A stretch of DNA of 64,000 bases, taken from assembly GCA_013115125.1 (NCBI GenBank), contig JABANN010000068.1, positions 1-64,000 on the forward strand, in the 5' to 3' direction. The position numbers were made by a program, and so were the translations under genes. Under the pieces are notes generated by a model, which saw nothing but the letters and a program-made list of their open reading frames with translations, was not told the origin of the DNA and did no database searches. Source of the DNA: Perkinsus olseni (taxonomy: Eukaryota). Position 1 is the first letter of the stretch. Every line of letters begins with the position of its first letter. Shown piece by piece: positions 53,068 through 64,000 of the stretch.

Positions 53068-55349
53068 TTGTGATGATGTTTTTCTTTTAAAATTCACTAC
53101 TGCTTGTATTATTTTCTTGTTTCTGGAGATTATCGTCCAGCGTTAGTTAATTTCGTGGTGCGGTGAAGGCTGGTCGATACTCTTTTACTGTGTCTCTCTG
53201 AGAGACTCTCTCATATTGGCCCGTATTTTTCGTCAGTCGCGGACTGGTTCTACATACTCGTGCCGAAACAAAATCCACTAAACCCTACGCCGGGTACTAC
53301 GACGCCCTCAACAATGTGCAAGAGACTAAGTGGATTATTGCCAACTCAAATTGTGTTGCCTTATCCCCGCGTCGGTGACGCGGGGATAACCCTCGAGAGT
53401 AACGGCGTTCCGTTCTGAGAGTACTATTCTTCAAGAATAATTCTTGTGGCAAGGGTTATCCTTGAACAAGGACCGTTTATGTGCGCAACTGCGTAGGAAG
53501 CACAATCGACTATGACCAACTGGCGTAAAGAATACCGAGGGCAACATCGTTCACAGCCCTGACTCAGGGCCCCTGAGCAGCATACGTAGTTCATGCATAA
53601 TGGTGCTCAGGGGCAAGGATGGCCGACAAATCTTCGGCCAGGATTTGTGTAACACAGAAATTTTCTTTCTATGTTTTTCTTCAAAAAACATTGACCTCAT
53701 AATCTTCAAGTTGGAGATTTCACACATGACCGGATAACGCACATCGCCTTCTAGCCAGTTTTTATTCCTTCAGCCCAAGTATCCCTCTGGATTCATTGCC
53801 GGAGTGGTTGGCAATTGAAGTGCTGTAGCGAAGAATATCAGATATTCAGACCGCACTGCCAAAGCTGATTCGCTGATTATTCTTCATCCTCCCTGAAATT
53901 GAAATCCTGCACTTCTCGGAATAGTACCCGAAAACAGCAGCTCCGAGCCGCCGGCCCACCAGACAGCTAAGATCGAGTATCGAGCCTGCGGATTGTCCTA
54001 AGGTGTTTTTCTCCTGGTAGTCAAAAGTAGCTCCGGATTCCTATCCGCATCGGCAGGTACCCCTACATAGATGAATAACGCTTGCGGATGAGCTCCGGTA
54101 TGACACTGGGGCAGGTAATCAAATCAGTGGAGGCCGACGTCCTCATCATAACGAGGCCGAGCTTGCTCAGGTGACCATGGAACATAGCAGGAACTTTCAG
54201 GGCCTGAACTTCAGGATAGGCGTCGAAGGGCGAATCGGCAAACTGCGGGGAGGTTAGAGAGCAAAAATGCAAGACAACTTGATTAGAACGGAACACCTAT
54301 CTCACAAACTAAGCGGATTTGGGAGTGATATCGCGATCGGATTGCGGCGATCCATAATACACGAAGAGTGCATGAAGGCCCCTCATTGAGAGTCTCAATG
54401 AAGAGGAGAGAGAATAATAGGCAACTGGTCGTGCAATTATTGGTATTGGCTGATGATTGGCTTCCTCTGTAGGACTCCGGCTTGGAAAAACGGACTTGTC
54501 TGCAGGGGTTCACCGGAGTATCGCATATGTGACCGAAGAAAGAGGTCGAATGAAGGAATTATATCAAGGTCCCACGGTCAACTTCCTGTCTTCCGCTGGA
54601 GAGTGAGAGGCTCTCACTGAGAGGAAAAAGGCTCGCGACGCTGCCCTCGACGGCGAGAAATTACGTCGAACTTACCATCGGCTTTTTGTTCTGTTCAACA
54701 AAAAGCTCAGAGAAAATAACCGAGAACGATGATGTTTCGAGATTGCTGGGAGATTAACGATGAGGTTGAGGAATAAGATTGCCACCCAAGTGGGTCCGGC
54801 TCACTAAACTAAGTGACTTGAATGAGATGTGTAAATTGAGTCAGTTTCATTGCATCTGAGGCTCAGGAGAGTTTGCTGGACACATACAGATGAAAAAAAC
54901 TCTTCGAAACAGAATCAAGTATCACCCTGTGTGGAGAACATAGTAAATCTGAGATCACCGGTATATACAGTAGAAGTTCTTAGTCTCTCCTCTCAGTCCT
55001 CCTCCTTGTCGCATAGTCAGTGACACTGGGTTAGTGTACACTAAGCGTGTACCGAATCGCAGTTTTCACTCTAAAATAGTGCACCGACGTAGTTTCTAGT
55101 TCTCTCTCAGTTTCCGTTTAGAGTTTCTAGTCTATTGATAGCATGGTTGCTCAATGGCCCCCTTATCCAGCCGGCTCAGACAGTCGCGGCGATGAAAGGA
55201 GAGCGGTGGTGGCCAGAGAGGTGTGGAATCTTCGTGCTTGCAAGCCGCAAGTTGCAGCTCGATGGCCTCGATATGTATGCTTGGTAGGTGGCGCCAATGG
55301 ATATTGTTGTGATCCCCAAGGAATCCTTGGCAAGGATCCTGAGGAGTCC

Positions 55350-55640
55350 TCAGGGGGGACTTCCTAGGGAAGTCTTCCCTCGAAGTAGAAGACGAAGGCA
55401 AGCCGAGATATGAATGCCACAGCGAAAGAGTGTTAGGGCGGGAGGATCGATCTCAATGTACAGTCCGGATATGAGGAGGGCTGTAACATGCGGATTGTTG
55501 TATACTCGGGACGTGAGATAGGTATTAGCCCGGCGGTCGTCCCAGGCCCTTGCCCACAAATGGACTACAGTGAGAGTACAATTCAGAGCGTCGTGAACCT
55601 CTGCGTTCACGATGCCCATCGAAGTGCTCTCAAAACATGC
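55350..55640 (-). mobile_element. Possible degenerate LTR-retrotransposon integrase fragment
   Basis: SMGIVNAEVHDALNCTL...AWDD...RVYNNPH loosely matches the integrase NG.VER.H..L...WD....YN..H pattern. Confidence 0.3.
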
Positions 55641-58600
55641 CGCGAAGTCCTAACAAACGTGAGAACGGTAAAATCAACCCGAAATTGAGCGTCACTCAAC
55701 TTCCGCTTCTCAGAACGTCGCTACTTTCACTCGGCTAAAAACCTCGGAGATTACAAGGGCACTCTCGGTGTAGTATCAATCAGCTTGATTGATACTCCAG
55801 CGCCGGCGAATGAGCGGGACGAGATAAGAGCGAAACTCCCGTTTTAGATTTTCGGAAGACTTTCCCAAGAAGGACTCCTTCTGAAGGAAGCATTGGGTTT
55901 GCTACCCTGAAGTGAAGATTGGTGTCAACACTAGGGTCAACTAGGGTTAACAATAGCATCTCTAACGTTGGCGATGAAGGCGATGCAATAGACGTGGATG
56001 ACACTAAAAGTGGTAGAGCCGATGACCCTCAATTACCACCGCAGGCTCCATAGGGTGATAGAGAGGAGACCAACAGCTGGTTCAATCAATGTTGACGATG
56101 GCCTGGCACTGACTGCCAGTCAGTGACTGAGGAAGAAGAGAGAGTGCGCAAAATTATTCTCAGGAAGATAACGAAGAAGCAGCAATAGGAGTATGAGAAG
56201 AGGTTCTCTTCTCTTCGAGAGAAGAGCGAGTGCGAAGGCTACTGAGAAGAAGAAGCGAAATATGTAGTGTAGGTCGAAAGTTTCGAATCGACCACCCGTC
56301 ACAGTTTCGACTCGAAACTGTGACGGTCAAACTGTCTTGACAGTAGTGTAATGACAGTGATAGTCACGATGTCAGGCTGATGTCAGTGACATTGTCAGCA
56401 CAGTTAGCCCGGGAAGACGTCACAGTGATGTCTTGTATTCGCCTGGAAGACCCACATTCTAGCAGTTGAATGATGCTTCTGCCTTCTGGCTATGAGCTTA
56501 TCTACCCGGGTCTCGGTTAGAGCTTTACAATTGTCCGGACTGCGGGCTAGTAATTAGGCAAATTCCCAGCCCGCGCTCTGGTCCGAGCTACTGGTTCACA
56601 GTTTTGTGCTCGCCCGGGCCGCGGTTTTGTATAAACCGTTAGCTCTGGCCAGCGTATCATCCTAATCCGCCTGTCCCACTCCTCTGTGCATGCCATGCAC
56701 TGCATGGCATTGCACAAGAAAAGGAAGAAGAAAAGCTCACCTCCCGTCACAACTCTTCTGTCTACTCGTTTCGGATGTCACTGTTGTCATGTTAATACCC
56801 ATGATCCGCTGATGTAACATCAGTGATGTTAGTGACGAGTAACGATGATTCATCGTTACTTTTTCTGTGTAAAGAAGGCCGTTGTTTTACTGAGGGTGAA
56901 ACCATCGCGGCAGGGGGGCGTAGTCACACAACCCTGCACTACCCAAGCTAGTGGTTTCCCATGATGATTCTGGTTCTAACTGCGGTACGATCACCAACCT
57001 CTGAAGTGATAGATTGTGCACGGCAGTCACGAGGAGTGGTCCTGCGGAGACGAACCACCTTCCAACTGTCTTTCTTTTCGGTTTCTTTATGCTACACCGC
57101 CGTGAGTGGGTCTGCGATATCCCACGTGATCCACCCGTCGCCTTTCGGGGCGGAATTCAACCCTCCCAGTGGGAGGCTCCCACCCTTAACCTGAACCGAG
57201 TCTGCGGGTGAGCCATGGTAGCCCTGCCATAAGGGGTCCCAGGCTGAACGAGTCAAGCGTTTGCGTGCATGCGTGTTCGCACGCCCAGCACTCCGGTGCA
57301 ATGGCAGATGGACCGGTGTTGTTCCCTTGCCTGTTGTCTTCAACAAAAACACGTGGCGCGTGCCCTGTTCAGGACTGAACTTCAGGTATGCCATAACCGT
57401 CCCTTTCTTCCAGTCCCCGCAGTCTGAGGCTTCATTACTTTATTACCCCGACGCATTACACCGTTAACACATTCCAGCCGGATTAAATAATACTCACAGC
57501 GGAAAGAGAAGACCCTGAGAATTCTGCTGCGTACGGAAGGGTCGTACTACATTACTCAGTCAGTAATACTCACGGTGAGTAACTCACCCATGTGCGTCGT
57601 TTGCCGAACGACTGACTCGCCGAAGACATCCAACATGGGGGAAAAGTGACGGCTAAGCGAAACATTTGTGCATCGCGGACATTGCAGAAGCGCCGACATC
57701 CTGCGTTTGGACAACAGAATAGCTTTCTTGCAAAAAGCGGCTTTCACCGTCGTAGATCGCAACAATTGCAAAAGTTAAAGTTGCGAAAGCACGGCCACGT
57801 TGCAAAAACCACTTCACCCGTGGTGGTCCGCGAGCCCGGATGCGGGAGAGAATATGCTTCGCAGTCAGCGGCAACGAGCACACGGTTGGCTGGGTGGAAC
57901 TGCCTAGGAAATCACCGGCTTGAGAAGACAGCGCAGCGAGAAAATTTTTCGGGTTGCAAATTTTTCCTGGAAAAATTTGAAACAAATAACAGATAACCCG
58001 TAGCATAGACATCAAAGAATGTGGGCGCTAGTGTCCCTGTTTGTGACGCTCAGCGTCAGACGCTAAAGGGATGACTTACGACACAAGTCAGTGTCACCTG
58101 CTTCTCCGAAAGACTCGCCTGGCTTCGCAAAGGCTACGATGAAATTTTTGTGGAGGTGAGCAATCTTCCTGTTTTACCAGCGTTAACGAATGAAATAGGA
58201 TTAACATTCTCCCGGAGTCAGTCTCGGGGGGGGACATTTTCCGGGGGACATCACCAAATAGGACAAAGGTTATGTCCCGCAGCTTGCCATGCTGAGCTTG
58301 ACTGAGGCCTTCCTTTCCGCCTTCAGCGTCCGTGAGGATAGCGTGGATCAACACTCTCTTCACTCTTGCTCGGTCATCTGTTATACTCTCCTTCCTTCGG
58401 AACGCTATTCGGGCATATCAGTTCCACCGAATCGCTTGAGTCATAGGCTGTGACCCGACCCCTGCGACTGCGTGCTGTCGTGTACGCAGGCGTTAAGGCG
58501 ATGAATGAGGGCCATCACAACAGCTTAGGGTTCTCTTTAAGAGTGACACTCTTCTGGGTTTCTCTTCTGGGTTTGGTGACACTCGGGGGAGACAGCCAAG

Positions 58601-58695
58601 AGGTCGCCTAAGCTTGGTAGATAATCCTCAACTCATCTGCATAAGTCAAGGACAATCTCCTTATCAGCTCGCCGTTGCCCTTATTTACAGTGTGA

Positions 58696-59887
58696 ATGAA
58701 TTTTCCCCTACTGCTACCGTTTTTGTGGTGGATGGCCACTCAAGCTCTGGTAGCCGTTACGGCTCAGACCCTCGCCAAATTCGCTCACTACCACCCAGCC
58801 TACACCATCACGTACGATTTTACTGAAGATGGTTATATCTCTTTGGTATTTGAGGTCCCTCAAGAGGCCTCACCGTTCTATTTTGGCAGCATGCAACTGA
58901 GCGGAGGCCCCGATACATATGACATCGACTTCCTGAACCCGGATAAAGGGCTCAAAGCCCTATACGATGGCATCCGCGACCAATTCCCTCTTATTGACAT
59001 CAAGCCGGGGGATTTGACTACTCTGACGGTCGTCGACGAAAGAGTCTTTGCCCACCTTCAGGGTCGGAAGATAAAGCTCGAGAGATGGTCATTCCCTGCT
59101 CCTGGTGTCTTCGAGTTATACTTACCTGGGCCCGAAGAAGTCGAGTTCATATTCGAGATAACAGCTCACGCGTTTGGGTTGGTGAAGTTAACCCTAACTT
59201 GTAAGAATATGATAGAGCAAGGAGGCCCTGGTATCTCTGATGCTGTGACTGGAACTTTTGCTCTCACCGAGCAGTCTTCGGGTTCCCCTAACCCATGGTT
59301 TGAGCTTGAGGATATAACAAACCCGACACTGCCTCCCTCCGATGAATTCCCCACCTTGGAGCCGCTTCAAGAAGCTTTTCGGGCTAGCTGCGCTTACCCA
59401 AATCCGTCTGATGACGACTTTAAGCTTGTGGTCCCCTTTTCTCCCGACACCGTTTATATGCAGGCTTACACTTATACAGGAGAACTCTACCCTCTCACAA
59501 GGATCAGCCACACCCTTCCCCTTGGCGTATTCACGTATATGGAAGATGTGGACCCCTTCACTCTGGTGCAATACATTTTTGCGGACCCTGTCGGTGTGAA
59601 CATACAGAGTCTGTAGTCTGCCCAGAGTCTGACGTTATCTCCACTGGATATCTGGATACTCGACTTTGCCATCGGGATGGCGGTCAGGTATTTTGTATTG
59701 AGGGCACGGGGACATCTGGAGATCAAACTTCTGACACTTTGGCCATATGTAGGGAACGATGCCCTGGCTCTCGTCTCGCTGAGGGAATCAGCTTCCACTG
59801 GCCCAGTGGCCCTGGGTATTCGCCCCCACGCAAGACGCTATTTACGTGCCGTTTGAGGAGACAACACTACGAATTGAAAGCGACTAA
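58696..59887 (+). pseudogene. Lineage-specific secreted protein paralogue 1, with two 3' frameshifts
   Basis: Signal-like MNFPLLLPFLWWMATQALVAVTA; colinear with 61684-62843; frame breaks at ~59605 and 59795-59816; homologous stop at 59885-59887. Confidence 0.7.
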
Positions 59888-61683
59888 AAGGATCAGTAAT
59901 TTTGATGCAGTAGATGATGGCGTGGTGAAGCCGGCCGAAGCTATTTCTCTTGAGCTGGACATTTATGATCTTGATTCACTATGATGAGCAATATCACCGG
60001 AAAATGTATTTCATGAGAGTCCCCTAACACGGTCTCTCACACTTAGCAACTCAGTCTATGGGTCGCAGGGGTTTTGAACAAAAGGTGATGTTGAGTTACC
60101 AGTGCTTGTCAAGTGCACGCCAAACAGCCTGTTTGAGGCAGGTGTGACACCAACCGTGACACTTTTAAGCCAGTACTCTCGTAAGGGCGTCCAAATCAGT
60201 AATCTCTAAGCCTCGGAAGGCTTGGTTGGTATTCCCGACCCGAAAGTTCAAAAGTGTCAGATTCTGACACCCTTCGACTCCGAGAGTGTCAGAGTAATTG
60301 GCAGAAGTCCGGCCCCCCACAGTCAGAATAATTTAGCTTCAAGTCGTTATTGATTCCAACTGGGAAATCTGGTCCACCTTCGGGCTATTCGTTCTCGGCA
60401 TTAGACTACTCACCGTGATAATACATGTACGAGTTGCCAACAATCCAATGCCCGCTACAGGATTTTTCAGTTCCATGTCTTATTGATATTACAGTAATAG
60501 TAATATCATATTGCTTCTCACGTTTTGCATTTAAGTAATTTCATCCGTGTGAACTCATCCGAGTAATTTCATCATTATGCACCATAATGATAGAAGTACT
60601 CGGATGAGTTCACACTGGGATAATTTGTGACACAGCATAATTTATGCTCCGCATTTCGTAGCATAGCAAGGGAATGCAACAACAATGAAACACAGCTTTT
60701 CGCCCGGGCTCCCCTCGAGGCTGGTTTTTGCTTCATATACTTTTGTAGTATCGAGTTCGTTTAGGTAGACGCCCCACAGACTGATGATCACAGATCTCCA
60801 AAAAGAGACGAAACCTGCGCTTACTCTATCCTGCACTGAAGTAGTCACGTTCATAGCTATGCAGGAATAATGTCGAAACGACGCATAATAGGACCGACTT
60901 GAGTCAAGTTACTTGACTGCTATAACATATAACTTATCTCGCTTCCAGATTCTCGAAGATCCACTCTATTACAGTGTCCGCCCATTAGTCGGTACAGTGT
61001 CACTGCACCGATTAATGGGCGGACTTCTCATCACGGCCCTTCTGTCTACTCGTTCTAGTGTCACGGGTCATTCCCGATGTATATGGTGACCATACTATGG
61101 TCCAGCTGCGGATGGGCCACCGATCGACTGGAGTGAGACTGTCGCCTATCGTCACACACAGTGTGGGTCCATCATTGCTTTGTGTATGTTCGTCATTCCA
61201 ACACATTCCATTGCAATAGCGGGGAAGTTTGCGGTGATCGGTAGACAGCCGCCCCTGTCTCCCGGAGACAGTCTCCGACGGATACTCTTCGCGGGACACG
61301 ACCGAGTGTGACATAGCTTGGAAGCCCACATCGCGAGTTCCGATCTCCTTCGCATCCAAGAGCTGTAAGTACCTTTTTGAGAAGTACCCTTTCTACCATT
61401 TCTCACCCATCCACCCTGCTGTCCTTCCTCCGAGACTTCGTTCAAGGTTAATTTCAACCCAAATAGCCGTGACCAGAATCTGCGTCAGCGTACCGCCCTG
61501 CACGCAAGCGTCACTTAAAGGCGTCCAACGCTGAGTTTAATATCGCCTTGCATGCTGCACATTGTGGCAGGGGAGAGAGTGTTGAGAACTTCGGTTTGGC
61601 TTGGTGAATACCCTCCATTCGCTCTACCCCGGCCGCGGTGGTGCCTATCCTTAGTTCATCATTGACCTTATACTTCATTTTCG

Positions 61684-62843
61684 ATGAATTTTCACCTACT
61701 ACTCGGAGTAGTCTACTCCCGTCGTTGTGGTGGATGGCGGCTCAAGCTCAGACCTCAGGCAAATTCGCTCACTACCACCCAGCCTACACCATCATGTACG
61801 ATCTTACTGAAGATGGTTACCTCTCGGTGGCCTTCGAGGTCCCTTACAAAGAACCGGTGTTCTACTTTTCGGGCATGCGCCTTAGTGGAGGCCCCGGCAC
61901 TTACAACGTCGACTTCCTCAGCCCTGATAGGGGAGTTGAGGCCCTCTACGATGGCATCCGCGATCACTTCCCAGCAGCTGACATCAAACCCGGAGATCTC
62001 GCCACGCTGACGAGCGACGATGATGGTGTCTTCACCGTTTTTCAAGGTCGAAAAATACAGTTCGAAAACTGGTCGCCATTCCCTAATCCTGGTCTTTTTG
62101 ATGTGACCTTGCCGGGGCCTGAGGGGTTCTACTTCAGAGTCAAGTTATCAGAGACTGAGTTTGTGAGGATAACCGCCACTTGTAACAACTTGAAGCAGCA
62201 AGCCGGCGAGGATGCCACTATTAATGTGGTCCTGGAGCTCAGTCCTCGCCACCCCGTAGGCTCCGACGATGCATACTTCGAACTCAAGGACCCTAAAGAC
62301 CCCCCTTTTTTCGCTCGGTACCCTACTTTGAAGTCATTTCAAGAAGCGCTTGCGGCTAAATGCCCTTACCCGAATCCCTCAGAAGAAGACTTCAAAGTAT
62401 TGTCCACATTCTCACCCAACACCATCCTCATCCAGGCCTTCGCCAGCACAGGAGAGCTCTACCCTCTCACAAGGAGTAGATACTTCCTTTCGCCCGGAGT
62501 GTACTCTTACACCGCGGACGTGGCCCCCTTCGCTACACTCACATACCGCCTGGAGGAAGCTACTCGACTGAACATCGATTGCTCGTGCTCGGGGTCCGCT
62601 GTCACCACCAGTGAACTTCACGTTCCCTACCCCTGCCGTCGGGATGACGGTCGAGTCTTTTGTATCAGTAAGAGGGGGATTACTGGTGATTTCACCTCCG
62701 AGAAGCTAGCCTTGTGCAGACAGCGATGCCTAGGGTCACGACTACTTGAGGGAATCAGCTTCGATTGGTTCTTTGCTCCCACCAAGGATGCTATGTACCT
62801 CCCGTTTGGGGACACACCACTACGGATTAAGCGATCCGCGTAG
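61684..62843 (+). pseudogene. Lineage-specific secreted protein paralogue 2, signal peptide frameshifted
   Basis: ATG 61684 (MNFHLLL) is homologous to the paralogue 1 start but out of frame with the long ORF because of a 14-bp insertion at 61698-61719. Also an 18-bp deletion in the signal region. Confidence 0.7.
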
Positions 62844-63417
62844 GCCCCTGCAGCAGCGACATGGCAAGTGAGGAATCGGCCGAAGTTTTTTTCTGATTCT
62901 TTTTGGTGTAGAATATTCACGATGTTTTTCACTACAAGAACCATTTGATTACTATCTGATATTTCATGATATTCGCCCACTGCGATCTTTCACAGTTATC
63001 AACTCCGCGTATGGGTTGCGAGGTGTCTCGCCGAAAGATGCTGTTGAGTGCTCATCAGTATCGGGCAACCGTCTGCCGGAAGGAGCCCAGCTGGTCAGGC
63101 GCTAGAGATGAGCCACCAAGGTAGGCCTAGTTCGAAATTGCAATGATGCTAGGTAGCTACTATAAACGAGAGAGTATCTCGGGGTTCAGGCCGGTCCCAG
63201 GGCTTCGGGGTTTGCTGTCCGAGCCGGGCACATCCGCCTGCTCTATTGTGGGGCTAATTGCTCTCAGAAGCACTTACCGGGACAGTACATGCAGTTGGGC
63301 ATCCACTCTGCCACAGGGTTGATCGAGTCTAGTAGGAGTGCCGTGAATGATGATCTCTCGACCGCTGAGCCACGAAATGACGACGGTGTTCAGCGGCTGA
63401 ACTTCAGCCCTTTCCTC

Positions 63418-64000
63418 ATGTCATCTCTCCCTTCCCTTGCGGTCCTCGTAACTCTCCCACTCGCCGTCACTGGTCAGACTACAGGGCAGCTCACCCCGGC
63501 TGGAGCAGGTGCCCCGAAAAGCTTTCAACTGGACACGCCTCGTCATCTCGCCCTCCCCTCAGACGTCCCCAATGGAGGCCCTCTGGACGCCATCCTCATC
63601 GCCCTCATCTTCTCGATCATCAGCACCCTCTGCATCTCGGCAGGTCGGCTCAGAAACTTTCTTTCCTCTCACTGTTCACTCTCTCGCGATTTCTCATTCT
63701 TCCCATGTATCTCCGTCGATTGCTCGTCAACTTGCCAGCTGCGTTGTACCACCGTGCTCGATACACCGATACAACGCAGCTGTCGTTCTCAGGCGTCGGC
63801 GGTGGTGGTGTCTTCGTCCCCCTCCTCAACAGCGGCATCCTCGGTCTCGCGACTCCCCTCGAGGCTCATCAAAGTGCCGCCCTCTCCGTCACGCTCGTCA
63901 CCTTTGCTGCTATCGCCGCGGCTGCCGTCAACATAAGGTGCGTGGCTTCCGTAATTTCGTGGCGCAGCGGTCATTTCAGGTCCGGATTGGTCGACTACAG
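63418..64000 (+). CDS. TauE/SafE (sulfite exporter) family membrane protein, 5' part
   Basis: Intron 63644-63792 joins ...IISTLCISAG to VGGGGVFVPLL...AHQSAALS, the TauE/SafE N-terminal motif; continues beyond the window. Confidence 0.75.

Noticed and set aside
57556-57830. Degenerate BED zinc finger or hAT transposase start on the minus strand
   Set aside because: Resemblance needs several frameshifts and no catalytic domain is recognisable

Overview
Eukaryotic, intron-rich genomic DNA. Short GT-AG introns, expanded GH18-like and secreted-protein families and a compact layout suggest an alveolate, probably Perkinsus (inference, not verified). Spliced genes read from the sequence: two tandem paralogous multipass membrane proteins (8.3-19.5 kb), three GH18/chitinase-like copies, a GT10 fucosyltransferase, a NIF/CTD phosphatase, a mitochondrial calcium uniporter (MCU, WDVMEP motif, missed by the ORF track), an AFG1/LACE1 ATPase fused to a C-terminal EF-hand pair, a RING+PHD protein, two secreted-protein paralogues and a partial TauE/SafE transporter. 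There are also three tRNA genes, two non-LTR retrotransposon RNase H remnants and a 1.6-kb inverted-repeat insertion. The most striking signal is a stereotyped 22-bp motif, X(1-7)+revcomp(X)+X(2-8) for an 8-mer X. By eye it occurs at least 15 times perfectly and about 8 times near-perfectly. It adds 14 bp, frameshifts three genes, and matches hAT-type hairpin excision repaired by annealing of the opened hairpins. Exon boundaries are manual predictions.
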